64,000 nt of DNA. Origin: an uncultured bacterium. Lineage in GTDB: Bacteria; Patescibacteriota; Patescibacteriia; Magasanikbacterales; UBA922. The position numbers were made by a program, and so were the translations under genes. This document shows positions 63,189 to 64,000 of this stretch, piece after piece (the first letter of the stretch is position 1; the number at the start of each line of letters is the position of its first letter). The DNA is taken from positions 68,941 to 132,940 of the forward strand of contig CALMAY010000037.1 in NCBI GenBank assembly GCA_937861125.1, in the 5' to 3' direction. The notes under the pieces are model-generated. The model saw only the letters and a list, made by a program, of their open reading frames with translations. It searched no databases and was not told the DNA's origin.

Positions 63189-63662
63189 TTAGACTTCATC
63201 AGTAATTGCTTTTTTGCATTCAACACACGAGCTGGATGCAGGACGAGCTCGAAGACGTTTTTCTTCGATTGGGTTTTTGCAGTACTTGCAGATGCCGTAA
63301 GTTCCTTTTTTGATTGTTTCGAGTGCTTTTTTAACATCGCGGTAAGCATTTTCGAGTGTTACTTCGAGTGGCTTGTTGACAGTATATTCTTCAATCTCAT
63401 GAGCATTAGCATCAAGTTCATCACCAAATTCAGAGAATGTGGTTTCAAAATCGTCAGGATTACGCTCGGTGCGTTTAGCAAAATGTCCAATTTCAACTTC
63501 AATACGCTCTTTTTCAGAAAGCAGTAATTTTTCCATTTCTTTAATAAATATCATGGTGTGTTTTGTTGGTTTTTTGGTAGGAAGCACCTTTGTGACTGTT
63601 TTTGTCACTTTCTTTACAAGTTGTTTGGTATTTCGTGTGAGTTTTGCAGAAGGTGTTGGCAT
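63189..63662 (-). CDS. DksA/TraR family C4 zinc-finger protein
   Basis: C-terminal CKYCKNPIEEKRLRARPASSSCVECK. The start could instead be the internal MIFIKEMEK. Confidence 0.75.
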   Translation of the reverse strand: MPTPSAKLTRNTKQLVKKVTKTVTKVLPTKKPTKHTMIFIKEMEKLLLSEKERIEVEIGHFAKRTERNPDDFETTFSEFGDELDANAHEIEEYTVNKPLEVTLENAYRDVKKALETIKKGTYGICKYCKNPIEEKRLRARPASSSCVECKKAITDEV

Positions 63663-63703
63663 ATAAGGTCAGCTAAAAGTAGGGGTAGTATATCAAGATA
63701 GGA

Positions 63704-63738
63704 CAAAAAATCAAGCCCTGTTGGCCTGATTCATTTTT
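63704..63738 (-). terminator. Terminator-like hairpin
   Basis: A6, hairpin TCAAGCC-ctgtt-GGCCTGA, then (ttca)T5. It is readable on both strands. Confidence 0.5.
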
Positions 63739-63743
63739 GAGAA

Positions 63744-63792
63744 TAAAAAAAGGGCATTCGACCCGCAAATTGAAAATTTATGGCCAATGCCC
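63744..63792 (-). terminator. Terminator-like long-loop hairpin
   Basis: Minus strand: GGGCATT-(27 nt)-AATGCCC followed by T7. Confidence 0.45.
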
Positions 63793-63817
63793 TTAGTCCA
63801 ATTGGAGTCAGCCAATT

Positions 63818-63865
63818 CCAGACGGTTGTATGCTCAATATATTATTTCAGCGCACAACCGTCTGG
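63818..63865. other. Perfect 12-bp stem hairpin
   Basis: CCAGACGGTTGT (63818-63829) pairs with ACAACCGTCTGG (63854-63865), with a 24-nt AT-rich loop. Confidence 0.6.
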
Positions 63866-64000
63866 ACATCAGACACAATCTCCATATGGTAGAAACTCTG
63901 AAACCACTCAGGTGGTGTGGACCTCGACATACAAAAGCCTAAGCTGATTGTACGTAATGGATGAGGGCACCAAAGATTTCGGGCGTATCTCTATTTTCGT

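Noticed and set aside
63119-63349. 76-aa minus-strand ORF between lspA and the DksA-like gene.
   Set aside because: It overlaps the 3' part of the zinc-finger gene in another frame and has no recognisable features.
63741-64000. Possible tmRNA start (GGGCATTCGACCCGC resembles the GGAUUCGAC of the tmRNA 5' ends).
   Set aside because: There is no GGGG acceptor 5' strand upstream, only an A-run. No plausible Ala-initiated tag ORF ends in ...LAA. The same bases are better explained as one arm of a minus-strand terminator hairpin (GGGCATT/AATGCCC + T7).
1-64000. Alternative genetic code (UGA or UAA reassignment, as in some CPR lineages).
   Set aside because: Housekeeping genes (polA, nrdA, dnaA, PBP1A, tig) read through at full length under the standard code. 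They terminate at TGA, TAA and TAG, and TGA functions as the stop in ATGA-coupled junctions. The single in-frame TAA at 56300 is isolated.

Overview
This is a low-GC (roughly 40% by eye) bacterial chromosome segment that spans the replication origin: dnaA, a DnaA-box/AT-rich oriC, dnaN, rpmH, rnpA, yidD. I call about 60 protein genes and 7 tRNAs: Gly-GCC, initiator Met, Gly-UCC, Ala-GGC, Ala-CGC, Arg-CCU and Cys-GCA. The gene content comprises a type IV pilus operon (pilB-C-M-N-O), class Ia ribonucleotide reductase, EF-P with EpmA, PBP1A, LysM/M23 and 3D-domain wall enzymes, giant surface proteins, and almost no biosynthesis. Together with short or absent mRNA leaders, this suggests a Patescibacteria/CPR-like organism; that is inference only and no search was possible. 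The genetic code looks standard, with long ORFs ending at TAA, TAG or TGA. Signals worth a second look:
1. A family of four mini-cassettes at 3.75-4.27 kb (two), 11.4-11.9 kb and 44.2-44.7 kb. Each has a TTGACA-(CT)n-TTTGCTAnAAT promoter, a variable small ORF and a conserved bulged terminator hairpin carrying GGGAGGA.
2. A roughly 10-kb tRNA-flanked surface-protein island (20.9-30.7 kb). It holds a translationally coupled three-gene operon, a (TTGGAAT)4 heptanucleotide tract just after a start codon, and a 1606-aa fibre protein with an internal S74 intramolecular-chaperone motif.
3. An AT-rich islet (55.96-56.57 kb) with a 203-codon gene split by a single in-frame TAA.
4. A GC-rich islet (about 36.98-37.33 kb) encoding a 64-aa protein.
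5. Perfect DnaA boxes placed in several promoter regions far from oriC.
6. A structured roughly 130-nt leader upstream of a 3D-domain wall protein.
7. An intergenic inverted-repeat family (AGATTAAGAATGAGATTRAGATTAAAAAA).
No CRISPR array, transposase, integrase or rRNA was seen. All start codons, promoters and folds were assigned by eye, so boundaries may be off by a few bases.
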